A DNA stretch of 64,000 nucleotides from Candidatus Omnitrophota bacterium (GCA_043814965.1 JBDRJN010000033.1:1379-65378), one strand, 5' to 3'; numbered from the stretch's first letter, positions 22,157-32,792 are shown. The notes: generated by a model from the sequence alone, not told the origin. Numbers and translations are program-made.

Positions 22157-24156
22157 ACAATGCTTATCTTGCGATGGGGCTGCATTTTCACCAGCCTGTT
22201 GGAAACTTTGAAAAGATCATAGATAGGGCATACAATAATTGCTATAGGCCATTTCTGGAAGCAGTTTCAAGCTATCCTGATATCAAGATGTCCTTCCATA
22301 TATCAGGTAATCTCCTTGATTATTTTGAAGAAAACAAACCCGAATTCTTGGATAAGGTAAAGCTCCTTGTAGACAGAAAACAAGTAGAGATCATAGGCGG
22401 AGGATATTTTGAGCCTATATTCCAGGCTATACCAGGAGTGGACAGGATAGAGCAGTTAAACATGCTTAGAGATCATTCTTTGTCCCGTTTTGATACCAAG
22501 CCTAATGGCGCGTGGATACCTGAAAGGGTCTGGTCTCCTGAGATCGCTAAAGAACTCTTGGATGCTGATATAAGATATATTATCCTGGATGATACACATC
22601 TAGTAAAGTCAGGCATTAAAAAGAAGGATCTATTCGGTTATTTCAGGCACAAGGACAATGGAAGAAGCCTCGCGATATTCCCGTCCGATAAAAGACTTCG
22701 CTATCTTATACCTTTCCAGGAACCCAAAAAGACGATCGAATACATGAAACTCCACCTGGATCCTAAAGATGAGGTTATTTTTACCTATGGGGATGATGTT
22801 GAAAAATTCGGCGAATGGCCTTATACGCATGACCTGGTCTATGATAAAGGCTGGCTCAAGAACTTTTTTGAACTTTTGATCGGATCCAGTGATTGGCTCC
22901 GCACTGTTACGTTTTCAGAGTGCATGGATATAGTTCCTTCAAAAAAGACGATCAAGGTAAAAGAGGCATCATACGAAGAGATGGCAGAGTGGTCCGGGGG
23001 TTCGTGGATGAATTTTTTGGATAAGTATAGCGAATCAAACCAGATGCATAAAAGAATGCTTTATATGAGCGAAAAGATAAATAAGATAAAGACGGATCCT
23101 CTAGGGCCTTCTCAGCTGCTCCAAAAAGCCAAGACAGAACTTTATAAATCCCAGTGCAATTGCGGATATTGGCACGGGGTCTTTGGAGGGATATACCTTA
23201 ACCATCTAAGGACCGCTATATATGAACATCTTATAAAGTCTGACACTATATGCGATGAGATCATCTATAAAAATGATCCCAGAAAGATCGATATTAAAAA
23301 GGTAGATTTTTATAAAAATAAAAAGGACGTTGCTATACTAGAAGATAATGATTTTTTTATCGTAGTGGACCCTGAAAAGGGAGGCGTGGTAAGGGAATTG
23401 GATTACAAGAAGAGATCAGTAAATCTCATAAATACCATGTCAAGATACAAAGAACCTTATCATAAAAAGATATTAAAAAGGCTTGGTAAGAGTAAAAGCG
23501 ATCCCTCTAATGCAAAAATGATAGATAAGGACATAAAAGATATTGTCTATGATAGATATAAGAGAGTGAGCTTTCTGGATCATTTTATAAAAGAGGATGC
23601 TACTCTGGATGATATTATAAGCCTTGATTACAAAGATATATCGGATCTACCGAACAAGGCTTATAGGTGCGCTATTGAAAAAGATAGACTCGTCTTAACA
23701 AGAAATTCAAAGATAGGCAGAGGGTCTATAGAGCTTGTAAAGTCCATAACTATTGAATCCAGCTTGTCCATCAAAGTATCTTATACACTGAAGAACACAG
23801 GAAGATATCCTATAAAAAGCTTATTTGGTGTAGAGATGAATGTATGCCTGCCTTATGCGGATTCTAACTGGTATAGCTATAGAGCGGGAGATGACTATAT
23901 AGGCAGCTTGAATAAAAAAGGTATAGTTGAAAAAAATAATATTTTTTCAATAGATGATTCTACCAATGAATTGGGCCTGGAATTTAGGTTCCAAAAGTCC
24001 CCATCCAAGATGTATTACTTTCCTATAAAGACTGTTTCCCAGTCAGAGTCTTCTTATGACCTGAACTATCAGGGCTCATGCATATTCCCAGTCTGGGAAT
24101 TAGGCCTGAGATCAGGCGAGGCATTGGGCCTTGATATAAGTTGGGTAATAATCTAA
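22153..24156 (+). CDS. glycoside hydrolase family 57 protein (alpha-glucan branching / 4-alpha-glucanotransferase type)
   Basis: N-terminal LHFHQPVGNF motif typical of GH57. Translationally coupled to glgA. Confidence 0.7.
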   Translation: MNNAYLAMGLHFHQPVGNFEKIIDRAYNNCYRPFLEAVSSYPDIKMSFHISGNLLDYFEENKPEFLDKVKLLVDRKQVEIIGGGYFEPIFQAIPGVDRIEQLNMLRDHSLSRFDTKPNGAWIPERVWSPEIAKELLDADIRYIILDDTHLVKSGIKKKDLFGYFRHKDNGRSLAIFPSDKRLRYLIPFQEPKKTIEYMKLHLDPKDEVIFTYGDDVEKFGEWPYTHDLVYDKGWLKNFFELLIGSSDWLRTVTFSECMDIVPSKKTIKVKEASYEEMAEWSGGSWMNFLDKYSESNQMHKRMLYMSEKINKIKTDPLGPSQLLQKAKTELYKSQCNCGYWHGVFGGIYLNHLRTAIYEHLIKSDTICDEIIYKNDPRKIDIKKVDFYKNKKDVAILEDNDFFIVVDPEKGGVVRELDYKKRSVNLINTMSRYKEPYHKKILKRLGKSKSDPSNAKMIDKDIKDIVYDRYKRVSFLDHFIKEDATLDDIISLDYKDISDLPNKAYRCAIEKDRLVLTRNSKIGRGSIELVKSITIESSLSIKVSYTLKNTGRYPIKSLFGVEMNVCLPYADSNWYSYRAGDDYIGSLNKKGIVEKNNIFSIDDSTNELGLEFRFQKSPSKMYYFPIKTVSQSESSYDLNYQGSCIFPVWELGLRSGEALGLDISWVII

Positions 24157-24226
24157 GTGTATATTTATAGAATTATACAAGTTAGTTGTTAGTTTGTATT
24201 GTACCTAGTTGGGTAGGTTTTTTAAC

Positions 24227-24447
24227 CATAGCAAGGTCCTTCCTAGTAAGCTCAGGTGAAATTTTTCCCTCATCTCGAAACTTCGGAACTCGGGGTCGTC
24301 TTTTAAGGGAGCATTTTATATAGGGCTAAAAAAACTCGGCAGATTCTCTATGTATGGCCTTAAACAGTTTTTAGCCTATATTTAAAAGCTAAAATACCCA
24401 GTAAAAGACTAAAATTTCAATTTGCTTACTAGGAAGGACCTTGCTAT
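24227..24447. mobile_element. MITE-like ~220-bp element with 24-bp perfect terminal inverted repeats ATAGCAAGGTCCTTCCTAGTAAGC
   Basis: Left repeat at 24228-24251 is the reverse complement of 24424-24447. No ORF inside. The interior carries motifs (gctcaggtgaaattttt; aaaagactaaaatttcaattYgctYac) found again at 2318 and 56436. Confidence 0.55.
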
Positions 24448-24643
24448 TGTTATGGCTAACTAGAGTTCTGTCTTCAGTTATGTAGGTTAACGCGAGGTGT
24501 TTGATGATAGGTGGCGCAATATGATGTGTCACCTAAATGTTCAAATATTATAATAAGAATATATTTTTTAGTTGATTTGAGGGGGGTAGTATGTTATATA
24601 ATAGTAGCCTATAGATCATATAAGATATATGGAGGTTAGATAT

Positions 24644-25828
24644 ATGAACAAGAAGACCATAAGAGATATTGATATAAAAGGCAAGCGCGTATTAATGAGG
24701 GTAGATTTTAATATACCTTTAGATAAAGACCTGGCTATAGATGATGATACCAGGATAATGGCAGCCCTGCCTACAATAAAATACGCTATAGATAATGGCG
24801 CTAGGCTTATACTGATGAGCCACTTAGGCAGGCCAAAAGGCAAGGTCGATGAATCCATGAGGCTTACGCCTGCAGCAGATAGGCTGTCAGAGCTTTTGGG
24901 TAAAAAAGTGATAAAGCTGGACGATTGCATAGGGGATAAGGTCAAAAATACCATAGCTGACCTAAAAGATGGGGATGTGGTATTACTTGAGAACCTAAGG
25001 TTTTACAAAGAAGAGACTGCTAATGATGTTAATTTTTCTAAGAAACTAGCGTCTCTTGGAGATGTATATGTGAACGACGCGTTTGGTACTGCTCATCGCG
25101 CTCATGCTTCTACCGAAGGGGTCACTAAATTCATAAAGACATGTGTAGCAGGATTTTTGCTTGCAAAAGAGATAGAGTATTTTGAAAAAGCCCTTTCTGA
25201 ACCTCCAAGACCTTTTGTCGCTATCTTAGGAGGAGCAAAAGTATCAGATAAGATAATGGTGATAGAGAATCTCCTGGATAAGGTCAATGCTATACTGATA
25301 GGCGGTGGTATGGCTTATACGTTTATAAAAGCAGAAGGAAAAGAGATCGGCAGCTCAAAACTTGAGAGCGACAAGATCGATACAGCAAAAGATCTCATGA
25401 GAAAGGCAAAAGAAAAAGGCGTAAAGATAGTTTTGCCTGTAGACCACTTGATAGCTGACAAGATAGACCCTCATAGCACCACAAGAGTTGTGGATGAAGC
25501 TATACCAGTGAACTGGATGGCTGTAGATATAGGCCCTAAGACAGTGGATGAATTTAAAAAAGAATTGAGACTAGCAAAGATGGTCATATGGAATGGCCCA
25601 TTGGGAATATTTGAGATAACTAAATTTGCCAGAGGCACAGAGGATATAGCAAGATTTGTAGCAGGCCTTAAGGCGACTACTATTATAGGCGGAGGAGATA
25701 CTGCCAGCGCTATTTCAAAATTTGGATTAGAAGGTTCGATGTCGCATATATCAACAGGAGGAGGCGCTTCTTTGGAATACATGGAAGGCAAGGTCCTGCC
25801 TGGGATAGCTGCGTTAAATGATAAATAA
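24644..25828 (+). CDS. pgk: phosphoglycerate kinase
   Basis: RVDFNVPL N-terminus and hinge/ATP motifs. ATG at 24644 has a GGAGG ribosome-binding site; the track start at 24629 is less likely. Confidence 0.9.
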   Translation: MNKKTIRDIDIKGKRVLMRVDFNIPLDKDLAIDDDTRIMAALPTIKYAIDNGARLILMSHLGRPKGKVDESMRLTPAADRLSELLGKKVIKLDDCIGDKVKNTIADLKDGDVVLLENLRFYKEETANDVNFSKKLASLGDVYVNDAFGTAHRAHASTEGVTKFIKTCVAGFLLAKEIEYFEKALSEPPRPFVAILGGAKVSDKIMVIENLLDKVNAILIGGGMAYTFIKAEGKEIGSSKLESDKIDTAKDLMRKAKEKGVKIVLPVDHLIADKIDPHSTTRVVDEAIPVNWMAVDIGPKTVDEFKKELRLAKMVIWNGPLGIFEITKFARGTEDIARFVAGLKATTIIGGGDTASAISKFGLEGSMSHISTGGGASLEYMEGKVLPGIAALNDK

Positions 25829-25900
25829 CTAATGATAAAGGCATCAATTTAGGTAAGGGTAATGGTACGATGCCCGTTTCGTTTATCGGCCACGGTTACG

Positions 25901-25920
25901 CCTGCCTGCCGGCAGGCAGG
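25901..25920. repeat. 20-bp perfect GC palindrome CCTGCCTGCCGGCAGGCAGG in the pgk-tpiA spacer
   Basis: Self-complementary; flanked by imperfect extended inverted repeats. The half-site CCGGCAGGCAGG recurs at 41735. Confidence 0.6.
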
Positions 25921-25993
25921 TTACCTTTACCGATACGGGCTTCTTTACCGTAGCCGTTACCGAGAAAATAATTTATAAATACAAGGAGGTATT

Positions 25994-26752
25994 TTGCGTA
26001 GACCGATCATTGCTGGAAACTGGAAGATGTTCAAGACAATAGATGATGCCTTATCAATAGCTGTAGGCCTAAAAAGGAAATTTTATACTTTTGGAGAAGC
26101 AGATATAGTCATCTGTCCTCCATTCACAGCTCTTAGTAAAGTAAATGATGAGATATTGGATTCTAGTATCATGTTAGGCGCGCAGGATATATATTGGGAA
26201 GAAGAGGGCGCATTTACAGGAGAGGTCTCCCCTAATATGCTTAAAGATGCCGGGTGTAAGTATATTATAGTGGGGCATTCTGAGAGAAGGGCGTATTTTG
26301 GAGAGACAGACGAGACTGTCAATAAAAAGGTAAAGATAGTACTGAAGCATGGCATGGTCCCTATAATGTGTATAGGAGAAAAACTCGAGGAAAGAGATAG
26401 CGATCTGACTTTTGATGTGATACAGCGTCAGCTTGCAAATGGGCTTAGCGGGTTAAAAAAAGATGAAGTTGTGCGTATGGTCATAGCATATGAACCTATA
26501 TGGGCTATAGGGACAGGAAGGACTGCTACACCTGGCCAAGCGCAGGAAGCGCATAGTTTTATAAGGGAAGAGATACAAAAACTTTATGACACAGATGTCT
26601 CTACTAAGATCAGGATACAATATGGCGGGAGCGTAAAGCCTGATAATATAGCAAAATTAATGACACAAGAAGATGTTGATGGCGCGCTTGTCGGAGGGGC
26701 GAGCCTAGATCTTAATTCTTTTACTGAGATAGTCCAGAATGCAGTTTTGTAG
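25994..26752 (+). CDS. tpiA: triosephosphate isomerase
   Basis: AGNWKM and catalytic motifs. TTG start 7 nt after an AAGGAGG ribosome-binding site. Confidence 0.9.
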   Translation: MRRPIIAGNWKMFKTIDDALSIAVGLKRKFYTFGEADIVICPPFTALSKVNDEILDSSIMLGAQDIYWEEEGAFTGEVSPNMLKDAGCKYIIVGHSERRAYFGETDETVNKKVKIVLKHGMVPIMCIGEKLEERDSDLTFDVIQRQLANGLSGLKKDEVVRMVIAYEPIWAIGTGRTATPGQAQEAHSFIREEIQKLYDTDVSTKIRIQYGGSVKPDNIAKLMTQEDVDGALVGGASLDLNSFTEIVQNAVL

Positions 26753-26770
26753 AAAGGTAAGGTAACGATC

Positions 26771-27220
26771 ATGTATGCATCACTAATCATAGTACACATA
26801 ATAGCCAGTATATTTCTGATAGCAGTGATACTTTTACAGGCAGGCAGGGGCGGAGGATTGTCTGAATCATTTGGTAGTTCACAGATGCAGAATATCTTTG
26901 GCACAAAGAGCGCGACTGTCATGGCCAAGGTCACTACGATATCCGCTGCGCTATTTATCATCACGTCATTGAGCCTGGCAATAATATCCAGCCATATGTC
27001 AAAGTCTGTTATAGATAAAAGCCTTATTCCTCAAGTCCCGATCGTAGATATCGAGAAAACCATGGATAAAGATATCGAAGAACCTGCTCAAGGAATGGAA
27101 GAGGCGCTAGATACAGCTCAAGAAGCAGTAGATATGACTTCTGGACCAGCAGCGCCTAGTTCTGAAGAGGCCGAAGCGCCTATCAGTGATCTACAAGGAG
27201 GAACTAGCGAGGAAAAATAA
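26771..27220 (+). CDS. secG: preprotein translocase subunit SecG (acidic C-terminal extension)
   Basis: LLQAGRGGGLSESFG signature. Confidence 0.8.
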   Translation: MYASLIIVHIIASIFLIAVILLQAGRGGGLSESFGSSQMQNIFGTKSATVMAKVTTISAALFIITSLSLAIISSHMSKSVIDKSLIPQVPIVDIEKTMDKDIEEPAQGMEEALDTAQEAVDMTSGPAAPSSEEAEAPISDLQGGTSEEK

Positions 27221-27221
27221 T

Positions 27222-28844
27222 ATGTATTATCATTTATCATGGCTTAAAAAAATAAAAACCGTCTTTTTAAAGGCGGTTTTTTTATTTACTCTTATTTTTC
27301 AATTCATTGTGTATGGTAATAGCATGGATCACGGTGATACTCTTATCTATGGATCAGGCGCTGACGCAAGGACTCTTGTACCTATCTTAGCCTCTGACAG
27401 CGCATCCGGCGCTATATGCGGCCTGGTCTTTAATGGCATTGTAAAATATGATAAAGACCTGAATCTGGTCGGGGACTTAGCTAAAGACTGGGAAATATCA
27501 GAAGATGGCATGGAGATAACTTTTCATTTAAGAGATGATGTTTTTTGGCATGATGGTATGCAGTTTACATCAAAAGATGTTGAGTTTACATATAAGAGTC
27601 TTATAGACCCAAAAGTAAGGACTCCTTATGGCGGAGATTTTGAGAGGGTCGAGAGTTTCGAAGTCATAGATGACTACACGTTCAAGGTAAGGTATAAAGA
27701 GATCTTTTCCCCAGGACTTTCTAGCTGGGGTATGAATATCATGCCAAAACACATTCTAGAAAAAGAGGACCTTAATAATACGAGATTTTCAAGGTCTCCT
27801 GTAGGCACTGGGCCTTATAAGTTCGTAAGATGGAAGACAGCGGAATATATAGAGTTAGACTCCAATAAAGAATATTTTGAAGGATGCCCCTATATTGATA
27901 AATATATATATAGAATTATCCCTGACCAGGCTACGCTGTTCCTGGAATTAAGAGGAGGAGAAGTTGATTTCACATCTTTAACCCCGCTTCAGTTCAAAAG
28001 ACAGACTGCCAGTTTATTTTTTAACAAGAATTTTAGAAAATTCAGGTACCCGAGTTTTGGGTATACTTATATGGGCTATAATCTAGATGACAAAAGATTT
28101 AAAGATATAAGGGTCAGGCAAGCGATCAACTATGCCGTGGATAAAGAAGAGATCATTAAAGGTGTGCTTTTAGGGCTCGGCAGTATCTCTACAGGCCCAT
28201 TCATACCTAAGTCCTGGGCGTATAATAAAGATGTAAAACCTTGTAGGTATGATCCGGAAAAGGCGAGGGCTCTTCTTAAGGATGCTGGCTGGATAGACCT
28301 GGATGGCGACGGGATCTTAGAAAAAGACGGCTTGAAATTTTCCTTTACACTTATCACTAATCAGGAAAATGGCCAGCGTAAACTCACGGCAGAGATATTG
28401 CAGCGCCGGCTTAAAGAAGCAGGCATAGAAGTAAAAATAAAGATAATAGAGTGGAGCGCTTTTGTAAGCGAGTATATAAATAAAAAAAGGTTCGATGCTG
28501 TGCTTCTGGGCTGGGGATTATCACCTGATCCTGATATGTATGATATATGGCATTCTTCAAAGACGAGGGAGGGTGAATTTAATTTCATAGGTTATTCCAA
28601 TCAAGAGGTGGATGATCTTCTTGTAAAGGGGCGCAGGACATTTGACCAGGAAGAAAGAAAAAGGATATACAATAGAATACATGAGATACTTTATGAAGAA
28701 GAGCCTTATTTATTTTTATATGTAGCGGATTCTTTGCCTATAGTCGATTCCCGATTTAAAGGCATAGAAGAAAGCATCTCTGGTATAGGCCATAATTTTA
28801 TAAAGTGGTATGTGCCTAGAAATGAACAAAAATACATTAGATAA
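27222..28844 (+). CDS. ABC transporter substrate-binding protein, family 5 (peptide/nickel, OppA/DppA-like)
   Basis: Signal peptide plus an SBP_bac_5 domain. Start moved to the ATG at 27222 after secG. Confidence 0.75.
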   Translation: MYYHLSWLKKIKTVFLKAVFLFTLIFQFIVYGNSMDHGDTLIYGSGADARTLVPILASDSASGAICGLVFNGIVKYDKDLNLVGDLAKDWEISEDGMEITFHLRDDVFWHDGMQFTSKDVEFTYKSLIDPKVRTPYGGDFERVESFEVIDDYTFKVRYKEIFSPGLSSWGMNIMPKHILEKEDLNNTRFSRSPVGTGPYKFVRWKTAEYIELDSNKEYFEGCPYIDKYIYRIIPDQATLFLELRGGEVDFTSLTPLQFKRQTASLFFNKNFRKFRYPSFGYTYMGYNLDDKRFKDIRVRQAINYAVDKEEIIKGVLLGLGSISTGPFIPKSWAYNKDVKPCRYDPEKARALLKDAGWIDLDGDGILEKDGLKFSFTLITNQENGQRKLTAEILQRRLKEAGIEVKIKIIEWSAFVSEYINKKRFDAVLLGWGLSPDPDMYDIWHSSKTREGEFNFIGYSNQEVDDLLVKGRRTFDQEERKRIYNRIHEILYEEEPYLFLYVADSLPIVDSRFKGIEESISGIGHNFIKWYVPRNEQKYIR

Positions 28845-28890
28845 TGCAGTATATAGTATGTAGTATTTAGTATGTAATGGAAAAAAATCC

Positions 28891-29862
28891 ATGGTTAAAT
28901 ATATTATAAAAAGAATAATACATCTTATACCTCTTTTAATAGGGATAACTATTATTACATTTTTCGTAATACACCTTGCCCCGGGCAGGCCTACTGACCT
29001 TGAGGGGCAGTTCAATCCAAAGGTGTCGCTTGAAGCAAGGGAAAGGCTTGAGCATCTCTATGGGCTGGATAAGCCTATCCCTATACAGTACATTGATTGG
29101 TTGAAGAGGCTTATAAAGTTTGACTTTGGCGTGAGTTTTATTGACTCCAGGCCTGTAGTGGATAAGATATTTGAACGCATTCCAGTCACGCTTACTATAA
29201 ATTTCTTTTCAATGTTCTTTATACTGCTTATAGGCATACCTATAGGTGTAAGTTCTGCCTTGAAAGAAGGAAGCGCGTATGATAGGTTGATGACATTGTT
29301 CGTCTTTATAGGATTTTCCGTGCCTACGTTTTGGCTTAGCCTTATACTCATGGATATTATAGGTGTAAGGTGGGGGGTACTTCCTATATCAGGAATAAAA
29401 TCATTCGAATTCGACAAGTTTAATTATATTGAAAAGGTGATTGATATGGCAAGGCATATGATACTGCCTGTATTTGTCTCAGCTTTTGGAGGCTTAGCAG
29501 GCATATCCCGTTATATGAGAAGCAATATGGTAAGCGTATTAAAGGAAGACTATATACGTACTGCCAGGGCAAAAGGCTTAAGTGAAAAAGATGTATTGTA
29601 TAAGCATGCTTTAAAAAATGCATTACTTCCGATAGTGACTATATTGGGGCTTTCTATACCGGGCCTGATCGGAGGAAGCGTCATATTTGAATCTATATTT
29701 GGTATCCCGGGGATGGGGAGGCTTTTTTATGAATCAGTGATGTCAAGGGATTACCCTGTCATCATGGGTGTGCTTTTTATAGGCGCAAACCTGACCCTCA
29801 TAGGAAATCTCCTGGCTGATATAATGTACGCATTTGTGGACCCGCGTATAAAGCTGGAATAA
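28891..29862 (+). CDS. ABC transporter permease (OppB/DppB-like)
   Basis: Six transmembrane helices and the EAA permease loop. Confidence 0.8.
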   Translation: MVKYIIKRIIHLIPLLIGITIITFFVIHLAPGRPTDLEGQFNPKVSLEARERLEHLYGLDKPIPIQYIDWLKRLIKFDFGVSFIDSRPVVDKIFERIPVTLTINFFSMFFILLIGIPIGVSSALKEGSAYDRLMTLFVFIGFSVPTFWLSLILMDIIGVRWGVLPISGIKSFEFDKFNYIEKVIDMARHMILPVFVSAFGGLAGISRYMRSNMVSVLKEDYIRTARAKGLSEKDVLYKHALKNALLPIVTILGLSIPGLIGGSVIFESIFGIPGMGRLFYESVMSRDYPVIMGVLFIGANLTLIGNLLADIMYAFVDPRIKLE

Positions 29863-29991
29863 GAGTAGGTTGTAAGCAGTATATGCAGTTTGATCTTTGT
29901 AATGCATTAGATAGTGGATAACGCTGATCAGTTTAACTGTGTAGTTGTCAAGCCTAAAGAAAAGCGTTGCTGGTTCGAGCGGGCACGGTGT

Positions 29992-30157
29992 CTTTCTGCT
30001 GGTGAGGGGCCTTCAAAAAGACGCTTCGCCAGCATTAGTGATTTGTAAAGTTGGGCTTCGCTCCGTTTTGTTTTGACAGGCTAACTTTATAGTAGTGCAG
30101 TATCTATTGGTTACGCAAAACAAAAAGGCTTTTTTCATGCCCCTCACCAGCAGAAAG
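29992..30157 (+). ncRNA. conserved structured repeat, copy 1 (candidate small RNA or MITE): ~125-nt core closed by inverted repeats tctttctgctggtgaggggc / gcccctcaccagcagaaaga
   Basis: Core cttcaaaaagacgctYcgcc...ggcttcgctccgttttgttttgacagg...gcaaaacaaaaaggcttttttca is ~85% identical to 54273-54393. It has an internal stem cgttttgttttg / caaaacaaaaag followed by a T-tract. The closing stem differs between the two copies but stays complementary. Confidence 0.45.
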
Positions 30158-30273
30158 ACGAACGAGAAACGGCACTGAGCGAAGAAGAGCCACGCTGGGG
30201 CAATCAAGCGTCTTTTTGTAGGCTTGACAGATACAGTTGCAGTATTATTTTTACCAGAGATAAACATTAGAAT

Positions 30274-31065
30274 ATGAATAAGCTAATATTTTTTGGAATA
30301 GTCATAGTGGGTTTTTTCGTAATGGTGGCTATCTTTGCGCCATTTTTAACCCCCTGTGATCCTGGAGAGATAGATATTGATAATATATTGGTAGGCCCTT
30401 CAAGAGCGCATATCTTTGGTACAGATAGCCTGGGAAGGGACTTATTTGCGAGGATGCTTTATGGTTCAAGGATATCTCTTTTAGTGGGGTTGATAGCAGT
30501 CGGCATAGCTAGCTTTATAGGTATAATACTTGGTTCATTGGCCGGATATTATGGCGGGTGGGTAGATAGATCTATTATGAGGCTTGTAGATATCATGCTT
30601 TGTTTCCCGACATTTTTCCTGATACTTTCTGTGATAGCATTGATGGAGCCGAGTATTATTAATATCATGGTAGTAATAGGTGTTACTAGCTGGATGGGGG
30701 TTTCAAGGCTGATAAGGGCCGAGATATTGAGCTTAAAAGAGAGGAATTTTATATACGCTGAAAAAGCAATAGGCGCAAGTGACTTCAGGATAATAACCAG
30801 GCACCTTATCCCCAATGCAATAGCGCCGGTCCTGGTAAGTATTACTCTGGGTGTGGCAGCAGCGATACTTGTAGAGTCGAGCTTAAGTTTTCTTGGTATA
30901 GGCGTGCAGCCCCCTACTCCTAGCTGGGGAAATATACTTAGCGAAGGAAAATCAGTCATGGGAGCTGCGTGGTGGATGATGCTTTTTCCTGGAATGGCTA
31001 TATTTATAACAGTACTTGGATATAATCTATTGGGAGAGGGCCTGAGAGAAAGATTTTTAAAATAA
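30274..31065 (+). CDS. ABC transporter permease (OppC/DppC-like)
   Basis: Permease fold with the EAA motif region. Confidence 0.8.
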   Translation: MNKLIFFGIVIVGFFVMVAIFAPFLTPCDPGEIDIDNILVGPSRAHIFGTDSLGRDLFARMLYGSRISLLVGLIAVGIASFIGIILGSLAGYYGGWVDRSIMRLVDIMLCFPTFFLILSVIALMEPSIINIMVVIGVTSWMGVSRLIRAEILSLKERNFIYAEKAIGASDFRIITRHLIPNAIAPVLVSITLGVAAAILVESSLSFLGIGVQPPTPSWGNILSEGKSVMGAAWWMMLFPGMAIFITVLGYNLLGEGLRERFLK

Positions 31066-31068
31066 TCT

Positions 31069-32019
31069 ATGCTTCTTAAAATAAGAGATCTAAAAATAGA
31101 ATATTCTAGCGATAAAGATATAGAAGTCATAAGAGGCCTTGACTTGGATATTAAAAAGGGAGAGTGTGTCGGCTTGGTAGGAGAGTCAGGCTGTGGTAAG
31201 ACTACTGTGGGCCTTTCAATAACTAGATTGATACCGGAGAGGGCTGGAAAGATCAGGTCTGGTTCTATATTATTTGAAGGCAGGGATATATTAGGATTGA
31301 ATAAAGATGAATTAAGGTCTATCAGAGGAAAAAAGATCTCATATGTCTTTCAAGAGCCATTCAGCTCATTAAACCCAGTTTTTACGATATATGACCAGCT
31401 TAAAGAAGCAGTGCCTTTACATCTTGATACAAAGGGATACATAGATTCTCTCTTGGAAAGCGTGGGGTTATCTGAGCTGTGTGGTAAAAAAAATATATAC
31501 CCTCATGAACTTTCCGGAGGCATGCAGCAAAGAATTGCGATAGCCATGGCTATCGCCTCAAAGCCTGACTTATTGGTCCTGGATGAGCCTACAACAGCCC
31601 TGGATGTCACTGTACAAAAAAAGATCATCCTTCTTATAAAGCAGCTGAAGGAAAAGATGGACCTGTCAGTATTGTTTATATCTCATGACCTGGGCATCAT
31701 ATTCAATCTAGCTGATACGATAAATGTGATGTACGGAGGCATGATAATAGAAAAAGGGTCAAGAGAAGATATTTTGCAAAGGCCAAACCACCCTTATACG
31801 AAAGCGCTTTTAAATTCAATACCAGGCCTAGGCCATAGAAAAAAAAGATTTGATGCGATAGTTGGCAAGGGGCCTTTATTTTCAGATCTGCCTAAAGGGT
31901 GTAAGTTCTATCCCAGGTGTAAATCAAGGATAGATAGTTGTAGGCTCAGTGAACCTGGTCTAATAGAGGTATCTATAGGGCATTTTTCTAGATGTATACG
32001 GTGGAAGGAAGATATATAG
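31069..32019 (+). CDS. ABC transporter ATP-binding protein (OppD-like)
   Basis: Walker A GESGCGKTT, LSGGMQQR signature, and a C-terminal oligopeptide-transporter extension. Confidence 0.85.
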   Translation: MLLKIRDLKIEYSSDKDIEVIRGLDLDIKKGECVGLVGESGCGKTTVGLSITRLIPERAGKIRSGSILFEGRDILGLNKDELRSIRGKKISYVFQEPFSSLNPVFTIYDQLKEAVPLHLDTKGYIDSLLESVGLSELCGKKNIYPHELSGGMQQRIAIAMAIASKPDLLVLDEPTTALDVTVQKKIILLIKQLKEKMDLSVLFISHDLGIIFNLADTINVMYGGMIIEKGSREDILQRPNHPYTKALLNSIPGLGHRKKRFDAIVGKGPLFSDLPKGCKFYPRCKSRIDSCRLSEPGLIEVSIGHFSRCIRWKEDI

Positions 32020-32789
32020 TGGAGCTTTTAAGAATAGAAAACCTCACAAAATCTTTTCCTAAGAAAAAGGGCCTTGTACTAAAAGATATTGATCTTTCTA
32101 TAATAGAAGGCGAGATCTTTGGATTGGTGGGAGAGTCAGGATGCGGCAAATCTACATTGGCTAGAGCTATCTTAAGGCTAATAGATATTGATAGAGGAAA
32201 GATATTCTATAATAAAGAAGATCTAGTGCCTTTATCAAATAAGAAGATGAAGGTTTTAAGAAAAGACCTGCAGGTGATATTTCAGGACCCGTATTCATCA
32301 TTGAATCCACGCATGAGGGTAGGGGATATATTAAAAGAAGTCTTTATGATCCACTCCAGCTATCTTAATAAAGAGCTAAGGTTTAAGGCCGTAGAACTGT
32401 TAGAATCGGTCGGCTTAGGAGAAAGTCATATCAATAGGCTTCCCAGGGAATTATCTGGTGGAGAAAAGCAGAGAGTAGTCATAGCCAGGACACTAGCAAC
32501 TGACCCTAGATTTATAGTATGCGATGAACCTGTATCAAGCCTTGATATATCTATCCAGGCTCAGATCCTTAATCTTTTGATGGACCTACAAAAGAAAAAA
32601 AACCTTACATATTTATTTATAAGCCATGATATAAATGTAATAGCTTCTATATGTGACAGAGTGGGTGTGATGTGTAAGGGAGAGATTGTTGAGATAGGAG
32701 CAGTAGAAGAGGTATTCAAAAACCCTAACCATATATATACCAAAGAGTTATTGGATTCCTCAAGCTTTACAGCCTTGCGGAGTATATAA
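32019..32789 (+). CDS. ABC transporter ATP-binding protein (OppF-like)
   Basis: Walker A GESGCGKST and LSGGEKQR. Start is probably the GTG at 32019 overlapping the upstream stop; the track ATG at 31992 is also possible. Confidence 0.8.
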   Translation: MELLRIENLTKSFPKKKGLVLKDIDLSIIEGEIFGLVGESGCGKSTLARAILRLIDIDRGKIFYNKEDLVPLSNKKMKVLRKDLQVIFQDPYSSLNPRMRVGDILKEVFMIHSSYLNKELRFKAVELLESVGLGESHINRLPRELSGGEKQRVVIARTLATDPRFIVCDEPVSSLDISIQAQILNLLMDLQKKKNLTYLFISHDINVIASICDRVGVMCKGEIVEIGAVEEVFKNPNHIYTKELLDSSSFTALRSI

Positions 32790-32792
32790 TAT

